DNA of 44,150 nucleotides, from positions 1 through 44,150 of the forward strand of contig JAUCBJ010001250.1 of NCBI GenBank assembly GCA_032718475.1, read 5' to 3'. A program made the position numbers and the translations under genes. The notes under the pieces were generated by a model. That model did not search any database. It saw nothing but the letters and a program-made list of their open reading frames with translations, and was not told the DNA's origin. This document shows, piece after piece, positions 22,558-34,824 of the stretch. This DNA is from Nemertoderma westbladi. Taxonomy: Eukaryota; Animalia; Xenacoelomorpha. Position 1 is the stretch's first letter. Every line of letters starts with the position of its first letter.

Positions 22558-24070
22558 GTCATCAGCAAAGTCTAGATCAGTTAGGTACTTGGCAGGATTT
22601 CCTCGACTTCTGGATCCAGTAGGTGGAGTTATCATCACCCCATCATCATTATGATGATCTAAGGACATGCGTAGAACAAGGTCAACAACAATTATGAACA
22701 AGAATGGTGCAAGTGTGTCTCCCTGGAGGACGCCCCATAACACTTCAAATGGTTCTGTGTCACCGTCAACAATAGACACAAATGTTGTCGAACCATCGTA
22801 TACTGATCTGATTGCTGCAATAATTTCATCAGGAATCCCATATAATGAAAGTATGCTGAACATACGTGAGCGAGAGACTGAATTAAAGGCCTTGAAGAAG
22901 TCAACAAAGATAACAGCCAGATGCCTGTCTTTCTTTTTTGATAACTCTTCAATTATCCTTCTAAGTGCCAAAATGGCTCCATGGTTCCACGACCTCTACG
23001 GAACCCATTCTGATTTCCACGGAGCAGTCTCTCAATGGGATCCCTGATGCGATTTAATAGAATTCTATTGTATAGCTTTGCAGCCATCGAGATCAATGAA
23101 ATTCCCCGAAAAGAACCATAGAGTGTTAGGTTGCCCTTCTTGGGAACTGGCACCAACTTATTTGTTTTCATTTCTTGTGGGACTCTTGTTGTTCGGTACA
23201 TGTCTACTATGATGGGATAGATGAGCTTTAAACACTCAGGTATTTTAAAGACCTCGGGGGGAACACCATCTACTCCACTGGCACGATTGGTCTTAATGCT
23301 CTTTGCAGCAGCCTTCACTTCTGCAAAGGAGATATCACCAATGGGAATATCTGGGTGTTACTCTGATATGGGTGTTACCCTAATATCTGGGTTTTACTGT
23401 ACTTCTATAAAGTTATCAGGCAATACCCTGTCATTATTGAGGAGCTTTTCAAAGTGGGCCTTCCAACCATTGAGGCGATCGGCTGGTGATTCAGCCTTAA
23501 CCTTGGTGGTTGGTTGGCTTTTTCGACCAGCAAGCAAGTTGATCGATCTCCATGCCTGGGATGATTGCCTGCTGTCGTCAGCATCATTGATGGCATCAAC
23601 CTGTTGGTTTATTAGCTCCTGTAAATTAACAGAGTACTGCCTGTTCAGGGACCTAGATGCAGCCTTAACTGCATTCTTCCCCTTACTCTTTTCGAATGTC
23701 TTGTTTGTTGGTATCAATTCACATTCTTCCGTTAGGTCTAAAAGTAAGTACCAATTTCTGTTAGAACTGGTGTTATAGGTGTAACCCTTGATGTCTTCTG
23801 GGCCAATTTGCGCATTCAGGTCACCAGCAATGACTTTAACATTGTGTTTCGGAATGTCCTTTATAAGTCCAGTCAGCTCTTCATAAAACTTGACTGCTTG
23901 TTCTGGCTCTGAAGCATTGGTTGGACTGTAGCAACATATAACTGTTGCCTTGGGATTCCCATCAAATGTTGCGATCATAACCCTGGAATTTATAGATTCG
24001 ATGTTGTTTAGTGTCTTAAATGCAAATGGGCTTAGCAGAATTCCTCCTCCACCAATTGATGCATTGCATT
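22558..24070 (-). mobile_element. RTE-type LINE: partial APE endonuclease (about 24070-23680) joined to RT N-terminal half (about 23680-22558)
   Basis: CYSPTN, GDLNAQIG; FRGISL, NQNGFR, FVDFFKAFNSV, GVLQGDTLAPFLF, DLDFADD. Contains stops and frameshifts. Confidence 0.9.
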
Positions 24071-26096
24071 GGCCGAGTTTCTTACTGTTTAATAAATAAA
24101 TTTCATTAAAGTGCAACAGTCGTTGTCGCGTTGATGACCTCCATGTAAATAATATACGGTTTTCACCTTTCTTTGACGATTTTATATTGAAATTTGATTA
24201 CTGATTGCATGCAACGTCTAATGGTCAGTTGCTTTTTTATTTTAGTATTTGTATCGTACTGTACTGGCATACCTACCGGTAAGGTTTTTTACTTCAGCTT
24301 GACAATTAAAGAATAAAATAATTGTATTAACTCAAGCATTTAATTATTATTATGTATCTTTAATCTTTGCCTTCAATCATATGATTTTACCCCAATTAAA
24401 TAAAGCAACACTTTTTGCGTAAAATTGAATCTACATAGTCGCGCGGCAGTTGGTATCCCTACTGTAGCTTTATTGTATAGTAATTTATCACGATTAAAAT
24501 TTCAAAAAAGCTCCGAAAATCCGCACCAACAACAACAATTACATTCTTTTGAGTGTCCCTCTCTCTCTCACGACAAATACCTACACTATAAAAAGCCAGT
24601 TTCGTTATTAATTATTTAAATTATTTAGTTCTCTAAAAACCGCTTTTCGGGAAAAGTTCATTGTGTATAAGTTATCAGGTGAAACAGGGTGTCTGGTCTA
24701 TCTTCCCAGCAATATTATCAATAAAAATCCAGATGTATTATTATTATTATTATTCTTTAAAAATAAAATTAAAATTTGATTAAACTACAGTCCTACATTA
24801 AATATAAGAAACCATGCGTCTACTGCACACAGGTACTGAGGGTAAATAAAAAAACCTTGAGTACGGTCTGCAAGAGTTAAAAACAATGTTCACTATTTGA
24901 TTGTTCGAGTTCATTACTCGATACCTTAGACTCCTACTAGCCTTATTAATAATGACAGAACATGGGTAGACCAATTTGGCCGAAAGACAGATAAGGTATA
25001 AGTTTAATATGATGATACAGATGTACAGTATTACATGTACTGTAGCAGCAAATATTTACAAATAGTGAAATGTCAGGAAATGTCGACCTATCTACGGATA
25101 TCTACTCTATGAATATCAAATACATAAAATTGTATGTAATAAGTAGCGGTTGTTATTATTATATATTTGGATTTTTGAGTTTTGAGTTTTTGAGTTTGAA
25201 TGATTGAAAGTTGAAAGCTGGTATTTCTAGCTGATGACAAACAATTAGAAGCATTCACTATAAGCAACAACTTACCTTGGCTAAAGCATATTTATTGCGG
25301 TACTTTCAAGACTTACCTCTGATTAACATATAGCGGGAGCCATAGTGGTGCACAATCTACATAGGATTATAGGGCCTTATCGCCCCTTGCACCTTTATCG
25401 CCCCTGAACCTTATCGCCCCCTCGGAACTTATCGCCCCCAGGTCTTTATCGCCCCTGGTACCTTATCCCATCGCTACTGTCACAAATATGAATTTTGAAT
25501 GGGAGAAACGTTTAGGCCTACTGTAGTAAGGATTGTAGGGCCTTACCGCCCCTGGACCTTTTCGCCCCCTGGGAACATATCGCCCCTCAAATGGTCCTTT
25601 ATCGCCCCTTGGGAATATATCGCCCCCAGGTCTTTATCGCCCCCGGGTCTTTATCGCTCCTGGGTCTTTATTGACCCTTGGGAATATATCGCCCCCAGGT
25701 CTTTATCGCCCCGGGTCTTTATCGCCCCCAGGTCTATATCGCCCCCGGGTCTTTATCGCCCCCGGGTCTTTATGGCCCCCGGGTCTTTATCGCTCCTGGG
25801 TCTTTATCGCCCCTTGGGAATATATCGCCCCCAGGTCTTTATCGCCCCGGGTCTTTATCGCTCCTGGGTCTTTATCGCCCCTTGGAATATATCGCACCCA
25901 GGTCTTTATTGCCCCGGGTCTTTATCGCCCCCAGGTCTTTATCGCCCCCAGGTCTTTATCGCCCCCGGGTCTTTATCGCCCCCGGGTCTTTATAGCCCCC
26001 GGGTCTTTATCGCTCCTGGGTCTTTATCGCCCCTGGTAACTTATCGCCACTATTACAAATATGAATTTTGAATTGGAGAAACGTTTATACTGTACT

Positions 26097-26567
26097 TACT
26101 AAGCCATGGAATGCCTGTTCGCCACCATGGGTGACAGTAAACCCTTCTACTACAGTTTACCAATCTCATTCTCATTTATCAACCTACTACTATCCACCAT
26201 GACTTTCGCGAGATCATCCGAATCGTCCAGGGCCAGTGTCCTTTAAGATGTGTCTCAAGAAAGTCATGGGCTGTCCACCATGCTTATTTTCTCCATGAGG
26301 CTGCCAAAGAACACGTTTGTGCACATGCTGGTCCTCACGGCGAGAGCAATGTCCTGCAAAGTGGAGTCGGCTTTGTTAAAGTGTAAAGCTCAAATTTTAT
26401 ATAGTATCTGATTTATCGACCATTGAAGGGTGACAATCTGGGTAGAGCTAGTCTGCAGCATTTAAGGTCCCGTGCCCAAACAGACTGAATTTTACGCTGC
26501 GTCCAGAGATCGAACTGGGACCCCCTGAATGAAAGCCCATATTGTTACCACTAAACAAAGCGACTGC
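26097..26567 (-). mobile_element. tRNA-derived SINE, interrupted by an RTE fragment
   Basis: Minus-strand head with A-box-like TTGTTTAGTGG and B-box-like GTTCGATC; a homologous copy lies at 32313-32599. Confidence 0.65.
26180..26392 (-). mobile_element. Short 3' fragment of RTE family B
   Basis: 26281-26390 aligns by eye with 16887-16997 (ggctgccaaag...gctggtcctcacggcga...gcaatgtcctgcaaag). Confidence 0.8.
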
Positions 26568-27572
26568 TTGCTTAGTGTATGAATTAAATATGAAAATATG
26601 AATATTTCGACCAAAAATACTATAGGCCTACATTCCAAGTCATACAGTATATTATACATGTATTATTATTTATTATACAACATACAAAAATATGTTGAAT
26701 TTATGAGTTAACATTCATAGGAGTGGAGTGGAGTCAAAGGATATACTGTACAGTACTGTATGACTGTGCTTGAGTTGAGTTATAACTGTAAAAGAACAGG
26801 TTCATCTTCTGGATGTAATTGAGCAGCCGGATGGCCGATATCTTGCACAAGCGAGGCAGGTTGTTGCGGTGCATTGAAGTTCATTCCAAAGACGTTATAA
26901 CCGATGTGACTAGCTTGTGGGGCGAGCCACGAAGTGAGTGAGCCTTAGCGTAGGGGTACCATTAATCAACCTGTCGTTCTGTCGCGTTTTTTTTCAGTAT
27001 TTTATTTTAAACGTTAATAACTCGGCCAATCCTTGATGAAATCTATCCAAACTTGGTACACATGTTGTTTGGCAAAAGTTTGAAAATTTTCCAAGTAGAA
27101 TTTGCGTGGGGTCTTCGTGCAGCATCAGTGTAACTGTTATTGCAGTTATAATAAATTTATTTATCCAAATTTAAAATGCGTTAAATTATTATTACTGTAG
27201 GATAAATCAGCTGGGTTTCTGACAAATTTTGCAATACATTGGGGTTGTCTGCATGTACCATGTGTACCGGTACTGTCAGGCTGTACTCAATCCCTGAATC
27301 GAGAATCCTGCAATCAGTCAATACTGCAATACTGGTCAGCCGGTACCATACACTGCAGACATGCCATATCATGTAATCTAATTAACCCCGGCAACCCTTG
27401 CGGTGATTAAAGTTTAGGCCTAATTAGCCCAGTACCGGCACCGGTAATAATAATATAATAGTTTAGATAGTTACCGCTAATCATTCAGTCATTGCTGCAT
27501 TGGCACGGTACACCGTACAGCCGTATTGCTGTACTGCCGTTGTCAGTTGTAGTGCGCACCGTAGGTACCACC

Positions 27573-29422
27573 CATGGCCTACTACACACAGGCCATGACA
27601 AGGACTTTGCTGTGAATTTAGCGTAGGCTGACTGTGCTGATTATCAGATTATGGTACTGTGGTACAAGCTATATACTGTTAGGTATACTGCTGTATTGGG
27701 GTGGGGTTAGGAATAATCCATTTGTTTTAGCATTTAATCCCCTTATTTATTATAAAACCATTGGAAATATTCGCAAATGCCGCTCCATTCTGCCATTACT
27801 GTCTGAAACGCTCCCGACAGTCCGATGTATCTGGACCCGAGCAGCTGAGTTGCTTCAAGAGGTGATTAACGGGGGAATACTATGCAGTGCTATGGAATTG
27901 CTTGTTTGTCAGTACGATTCTATTTGGGTATTTACTACACTCAGACACTGGGAATACGGCGGTCGGTCAGATCGTAATGCGGGCCACTGCCAAGTTCCTC
28001 ATGCCTCACTCCGGTCACCCACCTTGGAGTGCGGTGGGAAGAGTCCCACTTACTGACTTACGTCGACGACTGGACGAATCGACGAGGATTGCGATCTGGG
28101 TTTAGCGGCGGCCCGGATCCTGGTATCGCCTGGGGGAAATGGTTGAACGTCGGGCATACTTGTATCGCACTGGATTACGTTCTCTGCGACGTGAAAGTGT
28201 GAAGCGAATTCGTTGTCGAATTGGGTCGAAAGCTGCAGGAATTCTACTGTTCTACGGGAGTAAACCGCAGCGGTCCGGTGACTACGGACGGATACTACTG
28301 GGATAAGCAGGTATTTCGATCGAGTTTCTCGTATTCTCGATGCTCGACAGCTCGAGGCGGATAGAGAGTTGGTTGTGTTGGGCGGTGTTGTTCAATTCTA
28401 TCAAACGTATTAAATAATTGGTAAAATAATAAAAACACACCAGATAAAGATACTGAGCTTATGGTAAAGAGATAGGCCGAACTTACAATTTCCAAATAGA
28501 TTGTTCATATAATAAATATATTTTTGGTATTTGATTTCAAGATGGGGGGGGGGGGGGACTGGACGCAATAAAAATTAATCCCTCTCCAGGGGAAATTGGA
28601 CGCAAATAACAACAGCTGATTACTCTCAAAAATAAAACTGTAACCTGTTCTATTGTGTTTACTTTATTGTTTTGGTTAAAATAACGTGCCACTGTAACCT
28701 GCTCCTTTCCCAAAATTGAGAAATTAATATTGAGGCGGGATATTAATTCGCCAAGATGGGATTTGCGTCCAGTCCCACCCCCCTCCTGTCTCTTGATTTT
28801 ACTAAAAAATAGAATACATTGCATTTTACTGTTATAATTACTGAATTGAATAAAATAATTAATTTATTGTTTATTAAACCGTGCTAAGCACGTTGAACTG
28901 GAGCTTTAACAATTCCCCACTAGCGGCAGACAGGAACTGTAAAAGTCTCTGTAGAATTTCTAATTAAGCAATGCTCTTAGGTAACTACTACTAAATTTCA
29001 GATGAATCTGATCGTTGGTTCTATAATTACAGCTATTTTTACGTTTCTGTTAATTCGCCCCCTAGCGGCAGACAGGGGAACTGTAGAAGTCTGTCTGTGT
29101 GTAGAATTTTTTATAGACTACATGTGTACCAAGTTTGGTTCCATTTCATCCTTGATTGACTGACTTATAAGCGTTCAAACATTCCTGCCACAAACATAGC
29201 CAGAGGCAGCCACAAACAAATAAAAGCTGCAGGAACTCTAGCGATAATTAATTAATGAATTATTAAATACTGTTTCAATTAAATTACTTACGAAAATCTA
29301 GTCATCTTCTTTTAAATATGGACCCTGCATTCGTGGAAAATATAATATTTGATAATTCAGCAGTCAGCCTACGTTAATTTCACAGCAAAGTCCTTGTCAT
29401 TGCCTGTGTGTAGTAGGCCATG
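27573..29422. mobile_element. Non-autonomous TIR element with 8-bp TSD (hAT-like), 1850 bp
   Basis: About 75-bp imperfect TIRs starting CATGGCCTACTACACACAGG; GTACCACC at 27565-27572 and 29423-29430. Confidence 0.8.
28555..28776. mobile_element. Small MITE-like element
   Basis: 14-bp perfect inverted repeat GGGACTGGACGCAA (28555-28568) / TTGCGTCCAGTCCC (28763-28776), bordered by G and C runs. Confidence 0.6.
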
Positions 29423-29655
29423 GTACCACCCTACTACCGGTACCGGCTGACCGGTGGCAACTAGCACTTCAGCACTTGCACAGCAACAGCACTACCGGCG
29501 ATACACAGGTTGGAATTTATGTAGAGTTTGCTCAACAGTACAGATATAAAATAGTTATCTAAATTATATATATTACTATTGACAAGTATTGAAATATATA
29601 CCGTTATTCGTGTTATCAGTATTTGCAACATCTGACATTGAAGAGGTGAGAGAAG

Positions 29656-30114
29656 ATGACTACCGGCACTCAACAAAACCAACGCTTATCACAGGTCGGT
29701 ATGGTTACCTCGAAACCGGCGCGACTGTCCACTCGAATACAACTTCAAAACACAAACGCCAACAATAAACTGAAAGCGAATCGAACGTCTTCAGAAAAAT
29801 CTGTCATTGGGACGAAGAAAAGGAAGCCGAAACCACGGGAATGGACCACAGCTAAGATTGAATGCTCCCATTGTCAGAGTTCCTGGACCGAAATTGAAAC
29901 ACCAATTGCCGATGGGCTTGATCTCTCAAACCAAAACTTCCTCTGCGGGGTTTGCGCGGCAGTAAAGATTGAAAGTCTGGAAGCTGGCATCCCTAGGTAT
30001 TATTATTATAAAGAGCGTCAGCCTGCGTTTAATAAATATATTTTAATACAAAACAGGTCGAATGCAAAGAGGCTTATAATGAAGACGAGTACTGCATTGA
30101 TTATATTCCTATAA
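29656..30114 (+). other. Orphan ORF with a basic patch and a C4 zinc-finger-like motif, possibly a truncated LINE ORF1 start
   Basis: KKRKPKPR, CSHC, FLCGVC, KIESLE; the last ~40 codons look non-coding. Confidence 0.35.
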
Positions 30115-30399
30115 ACCACCTGGCTTTGCATATTGAACGTGCGTTTGGAAATAAGTTCGTGCTACCCTTCCGTGGGTGGTAGATGTCGCGCTTATGTATT
30201 GGTGGGTGGGAAGGGAGGGGGGGGGGGGTGCAGATTAAAAGGGGTGAACACGTACTGTCCCCCTTTCTTTGATTAATTGGTGGTGTGGGTTAATCTCTCA
30301 TAACCTGATTTTGTGATACAGTCGCACAATTTTAATTTGTATCTCATAACTGGGCCTCGTGCTGCGCGAAGGCCCCACGAACGTGTTTAGAGATATATC

Positions 30400-31961
30400 G
30401 TTCAACTTCAGCAATAGGGACGGGTGCACCAATAGGTAAATATAACATGGTCATTTGGTGCAAAGCGATCCGGGTGTTGTTGATTCTGTTTTCATTGGCG
30501 ACATACGACTATACGAACAACAGCGTTTCGTTGCTCCTGCTGGGCTGCATTAATCCACTCACCAAAGCTCAAATGTCTCACATGGGTAAATGCGGTTGCT
30601 GATTGGCGGTTGTGATATCCTTCGAGTAGGTTGTTAGTCCATCGTTCCTCCAATGACACCACAAAAAATTCGACATCCTACCATAATAACTGACAAAGTA
30701 ACCAGCAAATCGTTGACATGCTAAGTGGACAGCTGGTGTTGCATTAGCTGGGGGGTTGTTCTGGAGATGCAGCATGATTCGAGGTATTTCACCCGAGGGA
30801 AGCATACTAATCCCGACGAAGCTAGGGCACCAATTATGAAATTGGCGGTTGGTCTCGAAAAGTCGCTGTAGTCCATTCCTGACCCGCCACTTTTTCATGG
30901 CTTCTGTCATATGTTACAGGCAACACAGAATAGTATCCTCAGGAAAAACTTGACGGCACTTATTTACTGCTGATTGTTGAAAGTCAAAGTGCCAGCATCT
31001 GGGTTGACCTACGTCACCAAACTCAGCTTCCATACCATCCCTAATAGCGCGGAATAGTTTTTCGAAATGCCGCTCATCTTCACCGGCTAGCAATGCGGTG
31101 GAGGCAATAACCCCCTCTGACCGTTCGGGCATCTCGCTAAATACAGCCATAATATTGTATGCGACTACCGTTTCAAAACCTGCACCGGCATCACGGGGAT
31201 TATACTTACAGTATATTGGCCATCACAAATAATGTGTCGCATTCCTCATTGCTTCTAATTGTTTAGTACATAGATAGCAGAAAAACCTCCGAAGGAGGAT
31301 CCGCTTCCCATAGTCGGACAAATCTCTCACCTGGGGGTATGTTTTCAGCATTCTCCAGAAGAATATCACATTGTGATAAATCGCGCGTCTCCCATGTACG
31401 AACAAGGTGTTCTGGAATACGTCGCAACTCACCTGGCACATTAGACACTTTAGGAAGTGAATGCTTTCGGTTTTTATTGAAGCAGCGACGAGTTTTCTTC
31501 TGACAGGGTAATGCTACCTGTATTTCACGTACCAAATCAGGTGTATTTCCGTAGCGCTGGTTTACTCGCTCCAATGTATCATTGTGAGCCTGGAGTAGGA
31601 TGTTTGTCAGATTGACGTAAACCTGCAGCTGTCTCTCTGTATTCGTGTAAAGCAGTGATACAGTAGCTGCGGTTAATTAATTGAGTGTATCTAAACAAAT
31701 ATGGTTTCCTTCATCTGGATTAGAAATCCATCGGTCATTACGAATTCTTGCTGTTGCAATAGTACGAGATGGTGTCCCCTGTGCACGTCTATGGTTTACA
31801 TTGTCGCACCCAACACAACGCATATTAACTGTGCCATTGTTGTTACGTTTTTTCACCGTAAATCTAAATAGTGTGTCTTCATGCGCATTGCTACGGTAAA
31901 CCGGTTGAGGGTTTTTCTTTTTACTTAACCGATACTCTACCATTCCGAAGTCCACATTCAA
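30400..31961 (-). pseudogene. Decayed Mutator (MULE) transposase with an N-terminal FLYWCH/WRKY-like zinc finger
   Basis: MRCVGC...NHIC finger; IICDGQY (first D, about 31222); WHFDFQ..VFP..CCL*H (second D and CxxH); TNNLLEGYHN (E at 30621-30623) in a shifted frame. Confidence 0.85.
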
Positions 31962-32312
31962 CTATCTGATATCAGGTTTGGATGTTCTAATTAATTGTAG
32001 GCCTTCTAAAACTGAAACAATTTGACTTTATCTTTACTGTAAACTATAACTAAAGTATATGTTACTTAGAGGAAGTATGGGAAAGTTGAGGGAATGTAGC
32101 CTGTATATAATGAAAGGGGCGATAAACGACCAGGGGCGATAAAGACCCAGGGGCGATAAATACTCGGGGGCGATAAGTTCCTAAAAACTCAGAACTGGGG
32201 GGCGATAAGTTCCTAAAAACTCAGAACTGGGGGGCGATAAGTTCCCAACAAAAATGCAATTTATAGGGGCGATAAGGACCCAGGGGCGATAAGGTCCTGC
32301 TTCGCTAGTAAG

Positions 32313-32599
32313 CCAGGCCAGGGAATTCCTGTTCACTGCCATGGTTGATCTTGGGTGATTAAATCCTTCCACTCTGTATCGTAAAATAATGCCTGTTCAC
32401 CACCATATGTGATCTTCCACAGCAAACCTAACCTTTCCTATGGTTCCCATTTATCGACCTGCAAAGGGTAAAAACCTGTGTAAAGCTAGTATGCAGCATT
32501 TAAAGTCCCGTGCCCAAACAGTAACTGCGACGTCCAGGGATCTAACCGGGGGTCTCCTAAATGAAAACCCAGATTTTTTTCACTTGACATAGCGGCTGC
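32313..32599 (-). mobile_element. Second, more decayed copy of the tRNA-derived SINE
   Basis: Shares atttatcgacc, gctagt.tgcagcatttaa.gtcccgtgcccaaacag and aatgcctgttc.ccaccat with 26097-26567. Confidence 0.65.
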
Positions 32600-33248
32600 T
32601 TAGTCTATGAATTGAATATGATTCATATTTATAATTGTAGGCCTTCTCTAAAAGAAACTATTTGAGTATAAATATAACAGCAAACTTTTAACTAAAATAT
32701 GTGACTTAGAGGAAGTTTGTGAAAGTTGGGGGAATGTATCCTGTATATAATGACAGGGGCGATAAAGGACCAGGGGCGATAAAGACTTAGGGCGATAAAG
32801 GACCAGAGGCGATAAAGGACCAGAGGCGATAAAGGACCAGAGGCGATAAAGGACCAGGGGCGATAAAGACTTAGGGCGATAAAGGACCAGAGGCGATGAA
32901 GACTTAGGGCGATAAAGGACCAGAGGCGATAAAGGACCAGAGGCGATAAAGGACCAGAGTCGATAAAGACTTAGGGGCGATAAAGACTAGGGGGCGATAA
33001 GTTCCCAACAAAAATGCCATTTGCAGGGGCGAAAAAGTTCCAGGAGCGATAAGGTCCTGCTTCGATACATAGAAATATTAATTTTAATAGGTCTCCCCAA
33101 ATGGAAATTGTTATAACTTGAAAACTAAAAGAGCTATTAATTAGTCGTTTTCAGCCATTTAATCGTGCATTATAATAGATCATAAAAATAATTTCGACAT
33201 ATTTGGGAAAATGGTGTACGCCATCGAAATAAAATAACAATTTTTAGA

Positions 33249-34824
33249 TTTTTATTATTATTAGTATACCTGCGTACCCATTGTTAGAGATATTTTTATT
33301 ATCATTAGTATGCCTACGTACCCATTGTTGGAGATATTTTTATTATCATTAGTATACCTGCGTACCCATTGTTGGAGATATTTTTATTATCATTAGTATA
33401 CCTGCGTACCCATTGTTAGAGATATTTTTATTATCATTAGTATACCTGCGTACCCATTGTTAGAGATATTTTTATTATCATTAGTATACCTGCGTACCCA
33501 TTGTTAGAGATATTTTTATTATCATTAGTATACCTGCGTACCCATTGTTAGAGATATTTTTATTATCATTAGTATACCTGCGTACCCATTGTTAGAGATA
33601 TTTTTATTATCATTAGTATACCTGGGTACCAATTGTTAGAGATATTTTTATTATCATTAGTATACCTGGGTACCAATTGTTAGAGATATTTTTATTATCA
33701 TTAGTATGCCTGCGTACCCATTGTTAGAGATATTTTTATTATCATTAGTATACCTGCGTACCCATTGTTAGAGATATTTTTATTATCATTAGTATACCTG
33801 CGTACCCATTGTTAGAGATATTTTTATTATCATTAGTATACCTGCGTACCCATTGTTGGAGATATTTTTATTATCATTAGTATACCTGCGTACCCATTGT
33901 TAGAGATATTTTTATTATCATTAGTATACCTGCGTACCCATTGTTAGAGATATTTTTATTATCATTAGTATACCTGGGTACCAATTGTTAGAGATATTTT
34001 TATTATCATTAGTATGCCTGCGTACCCATTGTTAGAGATATTTTTATTATCATTAGTATACCTGCGTACCCATTGTTAGAGATATTTTTATTATCATTAG
34101 TATACCTGCGTACCCATTGTTAGAAATATTTTTATTATCATTAGTATACCTGCGTACCCATTGTTAGAGATATTTTTATTATCATTAGTATACCTGCGTA
34201 CCCATTGTTAGAGATATTTTTATTATCATTAGTATGCCTGCGTACCCATTGTTAGAGATATTTTTATTATCATTAGTATGCCTGCGTACCCATTGTTAGA
34301 GATATTTTTATTATCATTAGTATGCCTGCGTACCCATTGTTAGAGATATTTTTATTATCATTAGTATACCTGCGTACCCATTGTTAGAGATATTTTTATT
34401 ATCATTAGTATACCTGCGTACCCATTGTTAGAGATATTTTTATTATCATTAGTATACCTGCGTACCCATTGTTAGAGATATTTTTATTATCATTAGTATA
34501 CCTGCGTACCCATTGTTAGAGATATTTTTATTATCATTAGTATACTTGCGTACCCATTGTTAGAGATATTTTTATTATCATTAGTATACCTGCGTACCCA
34601 TTGTTAGAGATATTTTTATTATCATTAGTATACCTACGTACCCATTGTTAGAGATATTTTTATTATCATTAGTATACCTGCGTACCCATTGTTAGAGATA
34701 TTTTTATTATCATTAGTATACCTGCGTACCCATTGTTAGAGATATTTTTATTATCATTAGTATACCAGCGTACCCATTGTTAGAGATATTTTTATTATCA
34801 TTAGTATGCCTACCCATTCTTAGA
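33249..34824. repeat. 44-bp minisatellite, about 36 copies
   Basis: Unit TTAGTATACCTGCGTACCCATTGTTAGAGATATTTTTATTATCA, in register from 33261 to 34801. Confidence 0.98.

Larger units (their letters stand above)
25531..32305 (-). mobile_element. Inner foldback-type Mutator-like (Phantom-like) element, 6.8 kb
   Basis: Left subrepeat arm about 25531-26050, inverted right arm about 32115-32305; flanked by TAGTAAG at 25524-25530 and 32306-32312; contains a MULE transposase remnant. Confidence 0.85.
25365..33065. mobile_element. Outer non-autonomous foldback-type Mutator-like element (about 0.9 kb of own sequence: 25365-25530 and 32313-33065)
   Basis: Arms built of (GGTCTTTATCGCCCC)-type subrepeats in inverted orientation; flanked by TACATAG at 25358-25364 and 33066-33072. 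Confidence 0.8.

Noticed and set aside
25499-26071. Pro-rich ORFs in three frames
   Set aside because: Translations of the Mutator arm subrepeats.
26495-26567. Functional tRNA gene
   Set aside because: Degenerate boxes, no clean cloverleaf, and it continues into a repeated body, consistent with a SINE head.
33249-34824. CRISPR array
   Set aside because: Contiguous 44-bp units with no spacers.
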